From an uncultured Pelagibacteraceae bacterium (GTDB taxonomy: Bacteria > Pseudomonadota > Alphaproteobacteria > Pelagibacterales > Pelagibacteraceae): DNA of 64,000 bases. Position 1 is the first letter of the stretch, and every line of letters starts with the position of its first letter. A program made the position numbers and the translations under genes. The DNA is taken from positions 37,244-101,243 of the forward strand of contig CACMJW010000002.1 in assembly GCA_902614125.1 (NCBI GenBank), written 5' to 3'. The notes under the pieces were generated by a model, which worked only from the letters and a program-made list of their open reading frames with translations, searched no databases and was not told the DNA's origin. Shown in pieces: positions 60,151 through 64,000 of the stretch.

Positions 60151-61260
60151 ATGATTACTTATATTATTCCATTTCTTATACTTATTTTAATCGTTGTATT
60201 CATTCACGAGTATGGCCATTATTATTTTGCAAAGAAATACGGTGTTGGAGTAACTGATTTTTCAATTGGATTTGGTAAAGAAATATTTGGATGGAAGGAT
60301 AAATCAGGTACTAGATGGAAAATTTGCTGGATACCTTTAGGTGGATATGTAAAATTTTTTGGTGACAGAAATGTTTTTTCACAAGCAGATCAAGAAGAAT
60401 TATTAAAAAAATATAATAAAGAGGACCAAGAAAAATTATTTGTAACTAAACCTTTATACCAAAGAGCATGGATTGTATTTGGCGGACCTTTAGCTAACTT
60501 TATTTTAGCAATTTTTATATTTCTCTTTATTTATATGTTTATAGGTAAAGATTTTACTCCCGCTGTTATTGATGAAGTTCAAAAAGATAGCCCTGCAGAA
60601 ATAGCAGGTTTAAAGAAAAATGACATTATATTAGAAATAGATAACAATAAAGTAGAGAGTATTTTGGATGTTTCTAAATTTATTGCAATGTCGACATCAG
60701 ATTTTGTTGATTTTAAAGTTTCAAGATTTGAAAATGAAATATTATTAAAAGTAAAACCCAATTTAGTAGAAAGCGAAGATAACTTAGGTAACAAGCTTAA
60801 AAAACGGATGGTGGGTATAAAATTGAGTGCTTATAATGATAAAATAAATCATGTTAAATTAGGCCCTGCACAAGCATTAGTTCAATCATTTAATGAGGTG
60901 TATTTCGTAACCGTTTCATCGTTAAAATATCTTGGTTCTATGATTGTTGGAAAAGGAGACACTTCACAATTGGGGGGTCCAATAAGAATAGCTAAAATAT
61001 CTGGGCAAGTTGCTGAGTTTGGTATTATTCCATTTATTAGTATGATGGCCTATATCTCAATAAGCCTTGGTTTAATTAACTTATTTCCTATCCCAATGTT
61101 AGATGGAGGTCATTTAATGTTTTATGGATTTGAGAAAATTTTAGGACGTCCCTTAAGCCAAAAAACTCAAGAGGGATTTTTTCGAATCGGGATGTTTTTG
61201 TTACTTTCTTTAATGTTTTTTGTGACTTTTAATGATCTAAGAGATTTAGGCTTATTTTAA
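60151..61260 (+). CDS. rseP: Site-2 membrane metalloprotease RseP
   Basis: HEYGH; IPLGGYV; PDZ domain; NLFPIPMLDGG. Confidence 0.95.
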   Translation: MITYIIPFLILILIVVFIHEYGHYYFAKKYGVGVTDFSIGFGKEIFGWKDKSGTRWKICWIPLGGYVKFFGDRNVFSQADQEELLKKYNKEDQEKLFVTKPLYQRAWIVFGGPLANFILAIFIFLFIYMFIGKDFTPAVIDEVQKDSPAEIAGLKKNDIILEIDNNKVESILDVSKFIAMSTSDFVDFKVSRFENEILLKVKPNLVESEDNLGNKLKKRMVGIKLSAYNDKINHVKLGPAQALVQSFNEVYFVTVSSLKYLGSMIVGKGDTSQLGGPIRIAKISGQVAEFGIIPFISMMAYISISLGLINLFPIPMLDGGHLMFYGFEKILGRPLSQKTQEGFFRIGMFLLLSLMFFVTFNDLRDLGLF

Positions 61261-61406
61261 AGGGTTTTTCTAGATTAAAAAAACCAATAAAATCAACGAT
61301 TTTTTATCACTATATATTGTATAATATTTTTTATCACACACTAAAAAAAAGCTTGAATTATCAACGATTTTGTTAAGTATTAAAATTTTAAACCTGGAGC
61401 TAAAAA

Positions 61407-61682
61407 ATGAATAAAAAACAATTAGTCGCTAAATTAGCTGGTTCTTTAAACCAAAGTAAAGCTGATGCAGAGCGTACTTTTGATACCATAACAAACACTA
61501 TTCTGGATGCTTTAAAAAATGATGATTCAGTTAAAATAGCGGGTTTTGGTACATATAAAGTGGCTAAAAGAAAAGCAAGAATTGGAAGAAATCCAAGAAC
61601 TGGAGAGCAAATCCAAATCGCTGCTTCTCAAAAGGTAAAATTTTTACCTGCTAAAGCACTTAAAGAAGTTTTCAATAAATAA
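61407..61682 (+). CDS. hupA: DNA-binding protein HU
   Basis: MNKKQL; GFGTY; GRNPRTG. Confidence 0.95.
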   Translation: MNKKQLVAKLAGSLNQSKADAERTFDTITNTILDALKNDDSVKIAGFGTYKVAKRKARIGRNPRTGEQIQIAASQKVKFLPAKALKEVFNK

Positions 61683-61692
61683 ACTTTTTTTT

Positions 61693-61731
61693 AACAGCCT
61701 TTATTAAGCTTAAAACTTGATAAAGGCTGTT
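61693..61731 (+). terminator. Hairpin after hupA
   Basis: AACAGCCTTTATTAAG-N7-CTTGATAAAGGCTGTT. Confidence 0.7.
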
Positions 61732-61734
61732 TCT

Positions 61735-61753
61735 ATATGCAAATACTGCATAT
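61735..61753 (+). promoter_or_regulatory. Candidate operator upstream of amtB, ATATGCA-N5-TGCATAT
   Basis: Perfect 7-bp inverted repeat 75-93 nt upstream of the amtB ATG; near-copy upstream of glnA. Confidence 0.55.
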
Positions 61754-61827
61754 CTATTTTTAATAACAATCATTAGTTTTTAGTTATTTAGAAACTATAA
61801 GAACCTCTTTTAATTAACGGAGGTAAA

Positions 61828-63126
61828 ATGACTAAATTTTTTAAAAAACTTGTTGGTCCTTTAATAAGTTTGTTTTTCTTATTAAATATGACCAGTACAG
61901 GTTATGCAGAGACAACAGTTTCTGCTGAAGTAGGTTTTATTTTTAACACTCTCCTATTCTTAATTTGTGGTTTCCTAGTCATGTTCATGGCAGCAGGATT
62001 TGCAATGCTAGAATCAGGAATGGTCACATCAAAAAGTGTATCTGTAATTTGTGCAAAAAACATAGGTTTATTCTCAATTGCAGCAATAATGTTTTGGTTG
62101 GTGGGATATAATCTTGCTTATGGAATTCCTGAAGGGGGATACATTGGTAAATTTATACCATGGTCAGATGCTAGTTCAGTAGATACTGGTTATTCTGATG
62201 GTTCCGACTGGTATTTCCAAATGGTATTCTGTGCAACAACAGTATCAATTGTATCTGGAACATTAGCTGAAAGAATTAAATTATGGCCTTTCTTTTTATT
62301 TGCAGCAATTTTAGCTGGAATTATCTATCCAATTGTTATGGGATGGCAATGGGGTGGTGGCTGGTTGGCTGCTGCTGGCTTCTCAGATTTTGCTGGATCA
62401 ACTTTAGTACACTCAACTGGTGGTGCAGCTGCACTTGCAGGTGCGATGATACTTGGTCCAAGACTTGGAAGATTTACGAAAAAAGGTGATCCTGCTCCAG
62501 TAAAACCATTTGCAGCTTCATCTATCCCATTAGTAACACTTGGTATTTTTATTCTATGGTTAGGTTGGTTTGGATTTAACGGTGGATCTCAATTAGCAAT
62601 GGGTACAGCAGATGATGCAATTGCAGTATCAAGTATATTCATAAACACATTGCTTGCAGGAGCTGGTGGTGTAATGGCAGCAGGTGCAGTCACAAGATTA
62701 AGTGGAAAAACAGATGTGGTACAGATGTTAAACGGATGTATAGGTGGTCTTGTAGCAATTACTGCAGAACCATTAATGCCATCTCCAATAGCTGCGATTT
62801 TAATCGGTGCGGTTGGTGGAATAATTGTAGTTTATGGAACTAAATTTTTATTTAGCCTAAAAATTGACGATGTTGTTGGTGCAGTGCCAGCCCATTTATT
62901 TGCAGGAATTTGGGGAACATTAATTGTTCCAGCAACAAATCCTGATGCAAATTTCGGTGCACAAGCATTAGGTGTTGTTTCAATTAATGCATTCGTATTT
63001 GTTGTAGCTTACATCGTATGGTCAATTATGAAAGCAACTATAGGTATCAGATTGAGTAAAGAAGCTGAAATGAAAGGTACAGACGTATCTGAAACTGGAG
63101 TTATAGCTTACTCAATTAGAGACTAA
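61828..63126 (+). CDS. amtB: Ammonium transporter
   Basis: FQMVF; AER; DFAGSTLVH; WFGFNGGS; DDVVGAVPAH (twin His); GGAGG RBS. Confidence 0.97.
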   Translation: MTKFFKKLVGPLISLFFLLNMTSTGYAETTVSAEVGFIFNTLLFLICGFLVMFMAAGFAMLESGMVTSKSVSVICAKNIGLFSIAAIMFWLVGYNLAYGIPEGGYIGKFIPWSDASSVDTGYSDGSDWYFQMVFCATTVSIVSGTLAERIKLWPFFLFAAILAGIIYPIVMGWQWGGGWLAAAGFSDFAGSTLVHSTGGAAALAGAMILGPRLGRFTKKGDPAPVKPFAASSIPLVTLGIFILWLGWFGFNGGSQLAMGTADDAIAVSSIFINTLLAGAGGVMAAGAVTRLSGKTDVVQMLNGCIGGLVAITAEPLMPSPIAAILIGAVGGIIVVYGTKFLFSLKIDDVVGAVPAHLFAGIWGTLIVPATNPDANFGAQALGVVSINAFVFVVAYIVWSIMKATIGIRLSKEAEMKGTDVSETGVIAYSIRD

Positions 63127-63151
63127 ATTAACCTCCCTCAAGTTAGTAACT

Positions 63152-63179
63152 AAAAGGCCCCATTATGGGGCCTTTTTTT
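63152..63179. terminator. Bidirectional intrinsic terminator between amtB and bcp
   Basis: AAAAGGCCCCA-TTA-TGGGGCCTTTTTTT between convergent genes. Confidence 0.85.
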
Positions 63180-63636
63180 AATTGGTGTTTTTAATGAATT
63201 CTAAAACTTCTTTAGCGTGATCTTTAACCTTTACTGATCTCCACTCTTTTATTATTTTATTATTTTTGATCACAAATGTACTTCTAATTACCCCCATAAA
63301 CTCTTTACCCATAAATTTCTTTTTTCCCCACACTTTAAAAGCTTTTAAAGCTTCTTTTTTTTCATCTGATAAAAGATCAAATTTTACTCTATATTTTTCT
63401 TTAAATTTATCATGACTTTTCATGTCATCTTTTGAAACACCAAATACAGCACAGTCCAACTTTTTAAATTTAGATAATAATGTATTAAAATCTTTTGTTT
63501 CTATGGTGCAACCGGGAGTATCATCTTTTGGATAAAAATATAAAACTAAAAATTTATTTTTAATTTTTTTTAGTTCAAATGTTTCTCCATTTGTAGATGG
63601 AATTTTTATATTAGGTGCATTTTTAAATTTGTTCAT
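63178..63636 (-). CDS. bcp: Peroxiredoxin Bcp/PrxQ
   Basis: LYFYPKDDTPGCT; GVSKD; RSTF; start re-called at MNKFK (63636). Confidence 0.93.
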   Translation of the reverse strand: MNKFKNAPNIKIPSTNGETFELKKIKNKFLVLYFYPKDDTPGCTIETKDFNTLLSKFKKLDCAVFGVSKDDMKSHDKFKEKYRVKFDLLSDEKKEALKAFKVWGKKKFMGKEFMGVIRSTFVIKNNKIIKEWRSVKVKDHAKEVLEFIKNTN

Positions 63637-63679
63637 AATGTTTAATTGTAATTTAATTTTTTTAAGGTAAATAACTGAT

Positions 63680-64000
63680 ATGACAATAAAATCAGCACAA
63701 ACTTTGGTCGCAGATGCCTTGAAGGAAATAAAAACAATTTCACCTTCAGAGGCCTTGCAAATGTCAAATGATGGCAAATGCAATCTAATAGATATTAGAG
63801 ATGTAAGAGAACTTGAGAATTTAGGAAGAATTGAAAATTCCAATCATATTCCTAGAGGGATGTTGGAATTTTGGATGGATCCAGACAGTCCTTACTTTAA
63901 AGAGGGCAAGATAGATATGAATAAAGAAATGGTTCTTTTTTGTGCGGGTGGATTAAGGTCAGCTCTTGCAACTAAATCTTTAAAAGATATGGGCTTTAAA
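63680..64000 (+). CDS. Rhodanese-like domain protein (partial, runs off the window)
   Basis: MTIKSAQTL..LIDIRD..HIPRGMLEFW..FCAGGLRS. Confidence 0.88.
   Translation, partial: MTIKSAQTLVADALKEIKTISPSEALQMSNDGKCNLIDIRDVRELENLGRIENSNHIPRGMLEFWMDPDSPYFKEGKIDMNKEMVLFCAGGLRSALATKSLKDMGFK

Noticed and set aside
3796-62489. Short antisense or out-of-frame ORFs in the track (e.g. 3796-3984, 5382-5597, 6077-6334, 13549-13833, 18119-18415, 34495-34800, 48772-49023, 56088-56303, 62283-62489)
   Set aside because: They lie wholly or mostly within well-supported genes and show no motifs; these are shadow ORFs.
61828-63126. amtB without glnK (and glnA without glnB) as a novelty
   Set aside because: PII absence is already established for SAR11; used only as context.
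63637-63843. N-terminal extension of bcp given by the ORF track (also the longest-ORF starts at 3913, 4202, 8411, 30789, 34823, 36154 and 49313)
   Set aside because: The extensions overlap neighbouring genes or precede the RBS and signal peptide; downstream starts fit better.
1-64000. CRISPR arrays, tRNA/rRNA genes, IS elements, defence systems
   Set aside because: No repeat-spacer periodicity, cloverleaf, transposase, nuclease or similar signature was seen.

Overview
AT-rich (roughly 30% GC by eye), very densely packed bacterial chromosome with overlapping or abutting genes, most consistent with a streamlined SAR11/Pelagibacterales alphaproteobacterium. The taxon is inferred from gene content: a suf operon with sufU, glnA and amtB without neighbouring PII genes, thiV behind a TPP-riboswitch-like element, and tauABC-aminotransferase-ald. 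In order, the window holds: the end of sufB and sufCDSUTA; glnA; a divergent sugar-acid island (PdxA-family enzyme, L-lyxonate-dehydratase-like enolase and aldehyde dehydrogenase on one side; TctCBA transporter, LRA5-like SDR, beta-hydroxyacid dehydrogenase and LRA6-like FAH hydrolase on the other); ppc; a peptide-type ABC system; ten small co-oriented genes; cysE-cysK; a sulfonate region (HpsN, Pta, ComC-like dehydrogenase, TauABC, omega-aminotransferase, Ald); a small cytochrome cluster; a GcvT-like methyltransferase; thiV; rseP; HU; amtB; bcp; and a partial rhodanese. I saw no tRNA, rRNA, CRISPR or mobile element. The four strongest leads are: (1) a hybrid L-lyxonate (vitamin C breakdown product) pathway that could yield pyruvate plus glycolate; (2) a palindrome shared upstream of glnA and amtB, a candidate PII-independent nitrogen operator; (3) a TPP-riboswitch variant with an altered pyrophosphate-sensing arm; (4) an array of small, Met-rich proteins with cofactor-free isomerase/cyclase-type folds. 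All family assignments come from recalled motifs, not database searches.
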